In this document: piece after piece, positions 1 through 8,732 of the stretch
Layout: every line of letters starts with the position of its first letter
Numbering within the stretch: the stretch's first letter is position 1
NCBI RefSeq assembly: GCF_007644035.1
Contig: NZ_VMTV02000134.1
Coordinates: forward strand, 297,548-321,547
DNA: 24,000 nt
DNA from: Vogesella mureinivorans
GTDB taxonomy: Bacteria; Pseudomonadota; Gammaproteobacteria; Burkholderiales; Chromobacteriaceae
Direction of reading: 5' to 3'
Made by a program: the position numbers and the translations under genes
The notes under the pieces: generated by a model
What the model saw: the letters and a program-made list of their open reading frames with translations, nothing else
Database searches by the model: none
Told to the model about the DNA's origin: nothing

Positions 1-2
1 GG

Positions 3-149
3 GCGGCAGGCAAGGTGCGCTCGGTGCTGGCGCAGGACAAACCATTGGGCTTGTATCTGTCACACCGCTTTATGGCACAACAGCCGGCGGCGTTTGCCGC
101 CAAGCTGCAGCGGGCACTCGCCCGTTGCCAGCCTGCTACACCGCGTTAG
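3..149 (+). CDS. C-terminal fragment of an unidentified protein, cut by the window start
   Basis: Frame 3 is open from base 3 to TAG at 147-149 (…GKVRSVLAQDKPLGLYLSHRFMAQQPAAFAAKLQRALARCQPATPR*). It converges on and overlaps the 3' end of the minus-strand kinase by 14 bp. Family not assignable. Confidence 0.4.
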   Translation, partial: AAGKVRSVLAQDKPLGLYLSHRFMAQQPAAFAAKLQRALARCQPATPR

Positions 150-1065
150 TCGCCGCCTGCCTACCCAAGGGCAGGAACGCTGCGCCGCGTACGCCGCCGG
201 CGTCGCCGTGGCGGGCTTTTTCGATGCGCGGCACGCGGGCAAATTTCAGCATATAGCGCGGCAGGCGCTTGGGCAGCTCGCGGTATAGCTCGTCAAAGTT
301 GGATAGCCCGCCGCCCAGCACCACCAGCGCCGGGTCCAGTATGGCCAGGTAGCCGGCAAAGCAGCAGGCGGTCAGCTCGAAGAACTGCTCCACAAACACC
401 ACCGTCGCCGGGTGGCCCTCACGGTAGCGCTGGATGATGTCCTGTGCGGCCAACCTTTCGCTGAAACGGTGAAAAAACAGCTGCTCGAAGCCGCGGCCGG
501 ACAGGTAGTTGTCTATGCAGCCACGTTGGCCGCAGCCGCAGGAAAACACCGGCAAGTCGCCACCAAAAGCCTGTAGCGCATCGATAGGCAGGCGCATGTG
601 GCCCAGCTCGCCGGCCACGTGGTTCAGGCCGTTGTGGATCTGGCCGCGAAAAATCATGCCGGCACCCACGCCGGTACCCAGGATCACGCCCAGCACCGAG
701 GCCAGATGCTGGTTGGCCGCATCCATGGCTTCGGACAGTGCAAAGCAGTTGGCGTCGTTATCGATATACACCGGGCGGCCCAGGCGTTCTTGCAGGTCTT
801 CCTGCAGGCGGCGGCCATTGGCCGCGGGTACGTTGGCCGTCAGCAGGCTGCCGCTGATGCTGTCGATAATGCCGGGGATCCCCAGCCCCACGCTGCCCTG
901 GCAGCCAAGCTCACTGTCGGCCTGCCGCACGGTATGGCACAGCTCGTCCAGCAGGGTGGCGTAATCTTTGGGGGTAGCAAAGCGGTGCTGGCGTACGCGG
1001 CTGAGCGTGCCGTCGAAGGCGCCGAACGCGATTTTGGTACCACCGATGTCAAATCCGTAAAGCAT
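136..1065 (-). CDS. nagK: ROK-family N-acetylglucosamine kinase
   Basis: 309 aa; N-terminal ATP-binding motif MLYGFDIGGTKIAFGAFD, IDNDANCFALSEA, LGTGVGAG, and the ROK zinc motif CGCGQRGCIDNYLSG. Last gene of an amino-sugar uptake cluster. Confidence 0.9.
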   Translation of the reverse strand: MLYGFDIGGTKIAFGAFDGTLSRVRQHRFATPKDYATLLDELCHTVRQADSELGCQGSVGLGIPGIIDSISGSLLTANVPAANGRRLQEDLQERLGRPVYIDNDANCFALSEAMDAANQHLASVLGVILGTGVGAGMIFRGQIHNGLNHVAGELGHMRLPIDALQAFGGDLPVFSCGCGQRGCIDNYLSGRGFEQLFFHRFSERLAAQDIIQRYREGHPATVVFVEQFFELTACCFAGYLAILDPALVVLGGGLSNFDELYRELPKRLPRYMLKFARVPRIEKARHGDAGGVRGAAFLPLGRQAATNAV

Positions 1066-1252
1066 GGTGAAGTCAGTCTTGGCTAGGAGGCCTGGCGTGC
1101 CTGCGGTTGGTGTCCGGGGTGCCGGGCAAAGTAATGGCGAAGCAAAAAAGTGCCGTTGCCGGTATATCTGCGCAAGGCGCTACAGGCAACGGCCAAGCTC
1201 TGCATGACCTCTCCAGAGGTTGGCAAGGCAGGATTCTACCTTACCCGCCCTG

Positions 1253-1274
1253 AAAACCGGGCTTGCGCCCGGGT
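1253..1274 (-). terminator. Possible rho-independent terminator or attenuator after the porin gene
   Basis: CCGGGC (1257-1262) / GCCCGG (1267-1272) stem with a TTGC loop; on the minus strand it is followed by TTTT. It lies just after the porin stop codon (1293). Confidence 0.4.
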
Positions 1275-1292
1275 ACTACCAATCGGTCTGGT

Positions 1293-2321
1293 TTAGAAAC
1301 CGATCCACACACCAGTCAGGAACTGGTTGGTGTCTTTTGCGCCGCTGGCTTTCGGGGCCACCTTGGTCAGGCGGGCGTACCACTCGGCGCCACCGCCGAT
1401 ATCACGGCCGTACTGCACGGCAACGCGGCTGTAGTCGTCTGCCACGCCGGTGTTGTTCTGGTTCATGTAAGCCGCCTTGATATAGCCGGCCTTGCCCATG
1501 GTGTAGGTCAGGCCCAGCGAGGTTTCGCTGCCTTTGTTGGTTTGCTTGCCGGCTTTTTCCTGTTTGTAGGACTGCACCATGGCGCGCAGGGTCAGGTCGT
1601 CGCTGACGCCTACCGAGGCAGCCAGGTATTGCTGGCTGTTTTCGGTGTCGTTGGTCACGGTAGTGGTTTCAGTAACGACGCCGGTACCCAGATCCGCCTT
1701 GGATTCCTTGGTTTTGGTGGCAGGTTTGCCGCCCAGTACACCGGCGTACAGCGTGGCTTTACCCAGGGCCAGGGTACCGGCCAGGTCGTATACGCTGTCT
1801 TTGTTGTGTTTCTCGTTGCCCCAGCCGTGCTGTGCGCTAAAGCTGAAGTTGCCCAGCGCGGGCGACTGGTAGCTCAGGGTGTTCGGCAGGTACACCTTGC
1901 TGGTGACTTTGCCGGCACCGCCTTCGGCGACAGGCCAGAAGCCGACTTGGCCAAATGGCCAGTCCAGGGTGAGGTAGCTGTTGATGAAGGCGCGGCCGGC
2001 CTTCACGGTACCAAAGTCGCCAGACAGGGTGACATACGCTTCGCGGCTGCCGATACCCACTTTGTTCTCTACGGTTTCACCGGTGGCGATCTTTTGCGAG
2101 ATACGCGCGCCCAGTTTGTTGCCGCCGGCGATTTCCTTGCTGGCGTCAATATTCAGCAGCAGGGCACGGTCCAGCTCGCTGCTGGTGGTTTTGCCGTTGT
2201 CGGTCACGATGTAGTTGGCTTCGGCCGAGCCGCTGAGTTTGAAAATATCGGTCCAGCCATCGGCAAAAGCCGGGGTAGCGGTGAGCGAGGCGATGATCAG
2301 TGCCAGGGTTTTGCGTTGCAT
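1293..2321 (-). CDS. Gram-negative (Neisserial-type) trimeric porin; candidate oligosaccharide porin by context
   Basis: 342 aa with signal peptide MQRKTLALIIASLTATPAFA, porin N-terminus (SGSAEANYIVTDNGKTTSSELDRALLLNIDASKEI), FGTVKAGRAF, and terminal aromatic strand QFLTGVWIGF. Confidence 0.88.
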   Translation of the reverse strand: MQRKTLALIIASLTATPAFADGWTDIFKLSGSAEANYIVTDNGKTTSSELDRALLLNIDASKEIAGGNKLGARISQKIATGETVENKVGIGSREAYVTLSGDFGTVKAGRAFINSYLTLDWPFGQVGFWPVAEGGAGKVTSKVYLPNTLSYQSPALGNFSFSAQHGWGNEKHNKDSVYDLAGTLALGKATLYAGVLGGKPATKTKESKADLGTGVVTETTTVTNDTENSQQYLAASVGVSDDLTLRAMVQSYKQEKAGKQTNKGSETSLGLTYTMGKAGYIKAAYMNQNNTGVADDYSRVAVQYGRDIGGGAEWYARLTKVAPKASGAKDTNQFLTGVWIGF

Positions 2322-2424
2322 GTGAAATTCTCCGTTTGCTGTGTTGGTGCTGCCTGCTCAATGCCTATGTCATTCAAGGTGGGCGTGACATGGCATTCTT
2401 TTGTTGAGCGTGATTTTTCGCCCG

Positions 2425-3510
2425 TTAAAACGTGTGTTCTGTGCGGCGTATGGCCTGGCCGTCCGGGCCAAACAAATGACACTGCGCGGTATCAATGGCC
2501 AGCCAGGCGCGGCTGCCGCTAGCCGGGGCCGTGCTGTCACTGCCCAGCTTCACGGCCAGTGGTTCGCTTTGGCCGGCGGCACGGGCGTACACGATCTGCA
2601 CATCGCCCAGGTGCTCTACCAGCTCTACCGTCACCGGTACGCCGTGCTCGGCAAAGCGCAGGTGCTCGGCGCGAATGCCCAGCGTCAGCTCGCCTTCGGC
2701 GCGGGCGCCCGGCAGGGTGAGCAGCTCGCCGCCTGGCAGCCGGATGCTGGTGCTGTGGCCAAAAATGCTGGCGCTTACCGGCAGGAAGTTCATCTTGGGG
2801 CTGCCCAGAAAGCCCGCCACAAACAGGTTGGCCGGGTGCTGGTACAGCGCCAGCGGCGTGCCGACCTGCTCGATGCGGCCAGCGTTGAACACGGCGATGC
2901 GGTCGCCCATGGTCATGGCTTCTACCTGGTCGTGCGTCACGTAGATCATGGTGCTGCCCAGGTCCTGGTGCAGGCGGGTCAGCTCGATGCGCATCTGTAC
3001 GCGCAGCGCGGCGTCCAGGTTGGAGAGCGGTTCGTCAAACAGGAATACATCGGGTTTGCGCACAATGGCGCGGCCAATGGCTACGCGCTGGCGCTGGCCG
3101 CCGGATAGCGCCTTGGGTTTGCGCTCCAGCAGGTGGCCGATTTGCAGGATGTCGGACGCGCGGGTGACGGCCTCGTTGATTTCCTGCTTGCTTTTGCCGG
3201 CCAGCTTCAGGCCGAAAGCCATGTTTTCGCGCACGGTCATGTGCGGGTACAGCGCGTAGCTCTGGAACACCATGGCCACGCCGCGTTTGGCTGGCGGCAC
3301 GTCGTTGGCCAGCGTGTCGCCTATCCACACTTCGCCCGCGCTGATGTCTTCCAGGCCGGCAATCATGCGCATCATGGTGGACTTGCCACAGCCGGACGGG
3401 CCGACAAACACCATGAATTCGCCATCGCGGATATCCAGATCCACGCCGTGAATCACGGTGGGGCCTTCGTCGTAGGTTTTCTTGATTTGCTTCAGTTTCA
3501 GTTCAGCCAT
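2425..3510 (-). CDS. Carbohydrate ABC transporter ATP-binding protein (MalK/UgpC/MsmX family)
   Basis: MAELKLKQIKKTYDEGPTVIHGVDLDIRDGEFMVFVGPSGCGKST (Walker A), LSGGQRQRVAIGRA signature, VFLFDEPLSNLD Walker B, C-terminal TOBE-like regulatory region. The start is reassigned from 3672 to the internal ATG at 3510. Confidence 0.93.
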   Translation of the reverse strand: MAELKLKQIKKTYDEGPTVIHGVDLDIRDGEFMVFVGPSGCGKSTMMRMIAGLEDISAGEVWIGDTLANDVPPAKRGVAMVFQSYALYPHMTVRENMAFGLKLAGKSKQEINEAVTRASDILQIGHLLERKPKALSGGQRQRVAIGRAIVRKPDVFLFDEPLSNLDAALRVQMRIELTRLHQDLGSTMIYVTHDQVEAMTMGDRIAVFNAGRIEQVGTPLALYQHPANLFVAGFLGSPKMNFLPVSASIFGHSTSIRLPGGELLTLPGARAEGELTLGIRAEHLRFAEHGVPVTVELVEHLGDVQIVYARAAGQSEPLAVKLGSDSTAPASGSRAWLAIDTAQCHLFGPDGQAIRRTEHTF

Positions 3511-3530
3511 GTTCTTTTCCTTGGTGCGGC

Positions 3531-5015
3531 TCAGGCCAGGCGGGCCGGCATGCGGCCGGTGGCGTCCAGCGTGCCCAGCAGCCAGTCGGCTACCGCGTGC
3601 AGGGCAGCGTCGGCAAAACCGTAGGTCAGCAGGGCGGGGGCGTTCAGGTCGGCGGCGGCGTAGGGGTTCCACAGCGCCAGGTGCAGGTCGGGCTGCCAGC
3701 TGGCGGCCTCGCGCGCGCCGTAGCGTTCGCGGGTAGTCGATGCCAGTACGGTGTAGCGGCCATCCTGCGGCAGCGTGGCCCAGTCCAGCGCCTGGCGGCT
3801 GGCAAAGGTCACCACGTCCAGGTCGAAGTGCTGGCGCAGCACGCCAATCAGCGTGTCGGCCGACAGCCCGGCCTCGGAGACACCGTCGGACGGTGCCTGC
3901 TGCTGCAGGACCAGGCGCAGCTGGCGCGATGTTGGCCGCAGCGGCTGGCCGTGGGCGGTGAGCGCGCGGCGCCAGGCGCTGGCAAACAGCGCCACGTCGG
4001 CGGCTTCTTGTGCCGGGCTGTAGCTGCGGGTGCGGCTGGGGTGGCGTGCTACCAGGGCGTTAACGCGCTGCTCGGCCTCGGCCAGGCGCGCCGTGCCCAG
4101 GCTGCCGTCGTGTACGGCGTCTACTACTGCCTGGCGGCTGGCGGCCATTTCATCGACAAACTGCAGCACCAGCGACAGGTCGGCGCCAGCGCGCAGCGCC
4201 TGCGCGGTACCGGCGGCCTGGCCCCAGCGTTCGCGGATGGCTTTCATGTTCATGCCGTCGGTAATGGCCACGCCCTGGTAGCCCCATTGCTGGCGCAGCA
4301 GGGTGCCCAGGATGGCGGGCGACAGCGTGGCGGGCCAGGCGTCGTCCAGCTGCGGAAACAGGATGTGCGCGCTCATCAGCGAGGCGCTGTGCGGCAGCAG
4401 GGCGCGGAACGGCGCCAGCTCGTAGTCGTCCAGCGCGGCGCGGCTTTTGTCTACCACCGGCAGGTCCAGGTGCGAGTCGGTGTGGGTGTCGCCGTGGCCG
4501 GGGAAGTGCTTCACGCAGCAGGCAATGTTTTCCTGCTGGTGGCCGCGCATCCACGCTGCGGCCAACCTCACCGCGCTTTCCGGGTGCTCGCCAAAGCTGC
4601 GCTCGCCAATCACCGGGTTTTGCGGGTTGTTGTTCAGGTCCAGCACCGGGCCGTAGTTCAGGTTGATGCCCAGCGAGGCCAGGCCACGCGCCAGCGCCGC
4701 GCCCACGTCGTGCGCCAGCGCCTCGTCGCCCACTGCGCCCAGCGCCATGGCCGACGGTGCTTGCGGCAGGAACAGCGTGCGCATCACGGCGCCGCCTTCC
4801 TGATCAATGCCGATCAGCACGTCGTCGCCGCAGGCTTCGCGCAGCTGCTGTACCAGCGCACGGGTTTGGGCGGCATCCTGCACATTGCGGCGGAACAGGC
4901 AGATGGCGCGGATATGGTTATCGCGCAGAAAGGTTTTTTCGGTGTCGCTCAGCGTGGTGCCGGCCACATCTACCATCAGGGCACGGCCGGCCAGGCGGTT
5001 CAGGTCTTGGCTCAT
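3531..5015 (-). CDS. nagZ: Glycoside hydrolase family 3 beta-N-acetylhexosaminidase
   Basis: 494 aa; GIDQEGGAVMRT, GPVLDLNNNPQNPVIGERSFG and the NagZ-type catalytic loop CCVKHFPGHGDTHTDSHLDLP, FDGMNMKAI-like ITDGMNMKAI. No N-terminal signal peptide, so probably cytoplasmic. Confidence 0.9.
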   Translation of the reverse strand: MSQDLNRLAGRALMVDVAGTTLSDTEKTFLRDNHIRAICLFRRNVQDAAQTRALVQQLREACGDDVLIGIDQEGGAVMRTLFLPQAPSAMALGAVGDEALAHDVGAALARGLASLGINLNYGPVLDLNNNPQNPVIGERSFGEHPESAVRLAAAWMRGHQQENIACCVKHFPGHGDTHTDSHLDLPVVDKSRAALDDYELAPFRALLPHSASLMSAHILFPQLDDAWPATLSPAILGTLLRQQWGYQGVAITDGMNMKAIRERWGQAAGTAQALRAGADLSLVLQFVDEMAASRQAVVDAVHDGSLGTARLAEAEQRVNALVARHPSRTRSYSPAQEAADVALFASAWRRALTAHGQPLRPTSRQLRLVLQQQAPSDGVSEAGLSADTLIGVLRQHFDLDVVTFASRQALDWATLPQDGRYTVLASTTRERYGAREAASWQPDLHLALWNPYAAADLNAPALLTYGFADAALHAVADWLLGTLDATGRMPARLA

Positions 5016-5890
5016 TTCACTGCTCCGTCAAAGCCGCGCAGGAAGTAGCGCTGGGTAAACAGAAACACCATCAGGATGGGCAGCACGGTCAGCACCGCAC
5101 CGGCGGCCACCACGCGAATCTTGAAACTGAAGGCACCAGACAGGTACAGCACGCCCACCGACAGCGGGAATTTGTCCGGGCTGGCCATCACGATGGACGG
5201 CCAGATGTACTGGTTCCACGCCGCCACCAGGGTCAGGATGGTGAGGGCGGCCAGCGCCGGGCGCGCCAGCGGCAGCATGATGTGCCAGAAGATTTGCCAC
5301 TCGGTGGCGCCGTCTACGCGGGCGGCGTCTACCAGGTCGTTTGGCACTGCCTCAAAGGCTTGCTTCATCAGGAAAATGCCCACCGCGCCCGCCAGGCCCG
5401 GCAGCACCACGCCGGTATAGGTGTCACCCATGCCCAGCTTGGACACGGTGATGAAGTTCACCAGGAAGTTCACCTCCGACGGCAGGATCATGGTGGCCAG
5501 AATGGCGCCAAACACGATATTGCGGCCGGGGAACTGCATGCGCGCCAGCGGGTAGGCCGCCATGCTGCACACAACCAGCGTACCGGCCACGGTGAGTACC
5601 GAAATGATGATGGAGTTCTTGTAGAACGCGATCACATCAATGGTCTGGAACACCTCCACAAAGTTGTCCAGGCCCGGGTTTTCCGGCCACATGCGCGGTG
5701 GGTAGGTAAACACATCGCCGCTGGTAGACAGTGCCGTCACCAGCGTCCACCAGAACGGGTACACGGTAATCACCGCCAGCAGGGTCAGCACCAGGTAGTG
5801 CAGCGTGCGGTTGGCCAGCTTGTTCATATTGATTTTCTTTGCCGTGGCAGCCCGCGGCATGGGCAGGGTTTTTTCCATGGCTTGCCTCAT
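5012..5890 (-). CDS. Carbohydrate ABC transporter permease (MalG/UgpE type)
   Basis: 292 aa, multiple hydrophobic helices and the EAA motif VDAARVDGATEWQIFWHIMLPLARP; overlaps nagZ by 4 bp. An internal Met further downstream may be the true start. Confidence 0.9.
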   Translation of the reverse strand: MRQAMEKTLPMPRAATAKKINMNKLANRTLHYLVLTLLAVITVYPFWWTLVTALSTSGDVFTYPPRMWPENPGLDNFVEVFQTIDVIAFYKNSIIISVLTVAGTLVVCSMAAYPLARMQFPGRNIVFGAILATMILPSEVNFLVNFITVSKLGMGDTYTGVVLPGLAGAVGIFLMKQAFEAVPNDLVDAARVDGATEWQIFWHIMLPLARPALAALTILTLVAAWNQYIWPSIVMASPDKFPLSVGVLYLSGAFSFKIRVVAAGAVLTVLPILMVFLFTQRYFLRGFDGAVK

Positions 5891-6753
5891 TTCTTGCGCG
5901 GTTGCAGGTAGCGGAAGTTCAGCCAGGCCAGCGCCACGCAGAACACCGACATCACCAGGCTGGCAGCCAGTGCCCGGCCAAAGTTCAGCGACTTGATACC
6001 GAACTCGTAGGCGTAGAACAGTGCCGTATAGGTAGACTGCATCGGGCCACCCTTGGTCATGATCTGCACCTCCTCAAAGCACTTCACTGCGGCCAACATG
6101 GACATCACCGAGCACAGCAGGATGGTGGGCATCAGCAGCGGCACGGTAATTTTCCAGAAGCGCTGCCAGGCATTGGCACCGTCCAGCACCGCCGCTTCGT
6201 ACACGTCTTGCGGCACGCTCTGCAGGCCGGCCAGGTACAGCACCATGTACCAGCCCAGGCCGCGCCAGATGGTGACAAACATCACCGAAAACAGCGCAAT
6301 GCGGTCGTCGCTGAGCCAGCCTATGGGCTCGTTGATCACGTGCAGCCAGCGCAGCACCGCATTCAGCGCGCCGTCGTCGGTGTACATGAAGTTCCAGATC
6401 ACCCCGATGACCGACACCGTGGTGACCACCGGCAGGTAGTACGCCGCGCGGTAAAACTTGATACCCGGCAGCTGGTTGTTCACCAGCACCGCCAGCAAAA
6501 GGGCTAGCACCTGGATGGCAGGCACCACCAGCAGGTACAGCGCCGAGTTTTTCAGCGCGCTGATAAACAGTTCGTCGGCGAACAGCTCGCGAAAGTTATC
6601 CAGACCCACCCACACCGGGGCGTCGATCAGGTTGTATTGCGTAAACGCCAGGTAAGAGCCAAAGCCCACCGGCCAAAACGAAAACGCCATTAACAGCAGC
6701 AGTGCCGGGCCAAGAAACAGCCAGGCCTGCAGCGTATTTTTTCTGGAAGTCAT
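5887..6753 (-). CDS. Carbohydrate ABC transporter permease (MalF/UgpA type)
   Basis: Hydrophobic helices plus EAA motif YEAAVLDGANAWQRFWKITVPLLMP, and GGPMQSTYTALFYAYEFGI; start reassigned to MTSRKNTLQAWLFLGPALL (6753). Overlaps the next permease by 4 bp. Confidence 0.9.
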   Translation of the reverse strand: MTSRKNTLQAWLFLGPALLLLMAFSFWPVGFGSYLAFTQYNLIDAPVWVGLDNFRELFADELFISALKNSALYLLVVPAIQVLALLLAVLVNNQLPGIKFYRAAYYLPVVTTVSVIGVIWNFMYTDDGALNAVLRWLHVINEPIGWLSDDRIALFSVMFVTIWRGLGWYMVLYLAGLQSVPQDVYEAAVLDGANAWQRFWKITVPLLMPTILLCSVMSMLAAVKCFEEVQIMTKGGPMQSTYTALFYAYEFGIKSLNFGRALAASLVMSVFCVALAWLNFRYLQPRKK

Positions 6754-6814
6754 ACTCACCGCACTTTGCAAACGTGATCCATAGCCCCCTTGGCCGCAGG
6801 CAAAGCCCGGCCAA

Positions 6815-6842
6815 CCCTGCCTGCGCCGGGGCACAGGCAGGG
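6815..6842 (-). promoter_or_regulatory. Intergenic stem-loop between solute-binding protein and permease genes
   Basis: Perfect 9-bp inverted repeat CCCTGCCTG (6815-6823) / CAGGCAGGG (6834-6842) with a 10-nt loop and no T-tract. Confidence 0.5.
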
Positions 6843-6892
6843 CGGGTGTGAAGTGCCGTTACCGGGGTAACAGCCAGGCAATCACACGCGAA

Positions 6893-8146
6893 TTACAGTT
6901 TGCTGTTCCAGAAAGCCACGGCTTCATCCAGTGCCGCTTTCGGGTCTTTGCGGCCGGTGACGGCTTGCTCTACTGCGGCTGCCAGCTTGTTCGACAGCAC
7001 TTCCGGGTCTTTCACGCCAGACAGGAAAATGGTGCGGGTGCTATCCAGGCTGGAGGCCGCTACCGCTACCGCCTGCTCTACCGCGCCGCCCGGGGCCGCT
7101 ACGGTCTGGAAGTGCGGGTCTTTGGCCGCCTTGCCGCTGGTAGGCAGGGTGCCGGCCAGCTTGGAGAACGCCAGCTGGTTGGCGTCGTTAGTCAGGTAGT
7201 TGGCAAACTTGCCCACCTCCGGCAGCAGTGCCTTGTCCACGTTCTTTGCCACGGCAAAGTTGAACATCCAGCCGCCGGACGCAATGCCGGTCGGGCCTAC
7301 CGGGGCGGCCGCTACGGCAGTGGCCTTGTACAGCACCGGTGCTTCGTCACGGATACGGGTCAGCGAGGTAGGGGTGGAAACCAGCATGGCCATCTTGCCG
7401 GCGTTGTAAGCCTGCATCTGCACCTGGAAGTTATCCTGGGCAAACAGGTTGTCTTTCAGCAGCGCGCCAGCCTTGTAGGCATCGGCCAGCTTTTTCATCA
7501 TCGCCACGTGTGCCGGGCTGTTGAATACCGCCTTGCCGCCTTTCACCACGTCCAGGCCGTTCTGGATAAAGAAGCCTTCAATCTTGGTGGGGCCCAGCGT
7601 CGGGGCAAAGCCTGCTACACCGGTTTTAGCCTTGATGGCCTTGGAGAACGACAGCTGCTCGTCAAACGTCTTTGGCGCAGCCTTCAGGCCGGCGCGGGCA
7701 AAGATGTCTTTGTTGTAGGCAATCACGTTGGCGCCGTTGTAGTGCGGGAAGGCGTAGGTCTTGCCTTCAAAGGTCACGTCAGCCAGCGCGCCTTTCACAA
7801 ACTGTGTCTTGTTGATGATGGCGTCCACCGGCTGGATCAGGCCATCCTGCTTGTAGTCATACGCCCAGGGCACGTTCAGGTTCACCAGTGCCGGCGGTTT
7901 GCCGGCGCCTACCGCGGCAGTGAACTTGGCCTGAATCACATCCCACGGGTAGTCCGTCCACTTCACCTCTACGCCAGGGTTCTGCGCGTTGTACTTGCCC
8001 ACCAGGTCTTTGAAGTAGCCGTCGAATTTGGGCGACAGGCTCATGGTCCACACCTCGATCACCGGTTTGTCGGCGGCCAGGGCGCTAAAAGAGGTAGTCA
8101 GGCCAACGGCCAGCAGCGTGGCGCTGGCGATAGATTTCAGTTTCAT
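6893..8146 (-). CDS. Carbohydrate ABC transporter substrate-binding protein (UgpB/MalE family)
   Basis: 417 aa from MKLKSIASATLLAVGLTTSFSALAADKPVIEVWTMSLSPKFDGYFKDLVGKYNAQNPGVEVKWTDYPWD (signal peptide plus SBP family 1 N-terminus). The start is reassigned from 8200 to 8146. Confidence 0.9.
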   Translation of the reverse strand: MKLKSIASATLLAVGLTTSFSALAADKPVIEVWTMSLSPKFDGYFKDLVGKYNAQNPGVEVKWTDYPWDVIQAKFTAAVGAGKPPALVNLNVPWAYDYKQDGLIQPVDAIINKTQFVKGALADVTFEGKTYAFPHYNGANVIAYNKDIFARAGLKAAPKTFDEQLSFSKAIKAKTGVAGFAPTLGPTKIEGFFIQNGLDVVKGGKAVFNSPAHVAMMKKLADAYKAGALLKDNLFAQDNFQVQMQAYNAGKMAMLVSTPTSLTRIRDEAPVLYKATAVAAAPVGPTGIASGGWMFNFAVAKNVDKALLPEVGKFANYLTNDANQLAFSKLAGTLPTSGKAAKDPHFQTVAAPGGAVEQAVAVAASSLDSTRTIFLSGVKDPEVLSNKLAAAVEQAVTGRKDPKAALDEAVAFWNSKL

Positions 8147-8298
8147 GCTCGGACTCTCGTTCGGGTTGTGTTGTGGTGGCGGCCGGCCTGCGTGTGTCAC
8201 GGCTGGCGTTCCTTTGGCAGCATTCGGCTACCGGTCTCTTGTTGGCAGCCACACTGGGCGGTTCTTGTATGGCCTTGGTGTGTCTGCCATTTCAATCT

Positions 8299-8327
8299 AA
8301 TACCAGAAAAATACCAGAGCAATACCA
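8299..8327. promoter_or_regulatory. Three direct copies of AATACCA at exact 11-bp spacing (candidate operator array)
   Basis: AATACCA at 8299-8305, 8310-8316 and 8321-8327, upstream of the minus-strand sugar uptake cluster. Confidence 0.5.
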
Positions 8328-8387
8328 ATGTAAAACCTTTGTTAAATGTTGCAGTGCAGCTACATCAAAAATGCAACAAAACGGCAC

Positions 8388-8401
8388 TGGTATCGATACC
8401 A
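8388..8401. promoter_or_regulatory. Candidate operator palindrome TGGTATCGATACCA
   Basis: Perfect 14-bp palindrome made of the same TGGTAT/ATACCA half-sites found in the nearby direct repeats, about 240 bp upstream of the solute-binding protein start. Confidence 0.6.
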
Positions 8402-8732
8402 TTCTGCTAAAAACAGCCCATTTGATAACGTGGGTTATTATTTGGTACTTCGCTATTTGGCAGCATTTTTAAGCCATCTATATTCATAAAAATGGTATGT
8501 CATGCCTTGTTGGCTTATTGCTAACACGTGTTCAGTCGCATGAGGCCAGGCAGCCAGACAGAGCTGGCAGGGTGGCTTTTATTGGTATGGTTTCTGGTGT
8601 GCTAGTGGTATGGGCGGCAGGTGCCTGGCGAGGGTTGGCCACAGGGCCGGTGGGGATGGTTGGCCGCAGGGCACGGCCAATCCTGCGGCAGCCGCATGGC
8701 ATACTGTGCGCCTGCCCCACAGGTAAACCGCC

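Noticed and set aside
3597-5048. 483-aa plus-strand ORF opposite nagZ
   Set aside because: Antisense shadow of a high-GC gene; low-complexity Arg/Ala/Gly/Gln-rich sequence with no recognisable domain, while the minus strand encodes a clear GH3 enzyme.
8299-8327. Phased AATACCA repeats as a possible CRISPR or mobile-element end
   Set aside because: Units are only 11 bp with just three copies, no spacer-like unique segments, no cas genes and no transposase nearby; an operator array is a better fit.
6848-8410. 520-aa plus-strand ORF opposite the solute-binding protein, extending into the regulatory region
   Set aside because: Antisense frame; the sense strand has a signal peptide and clear SBP features.
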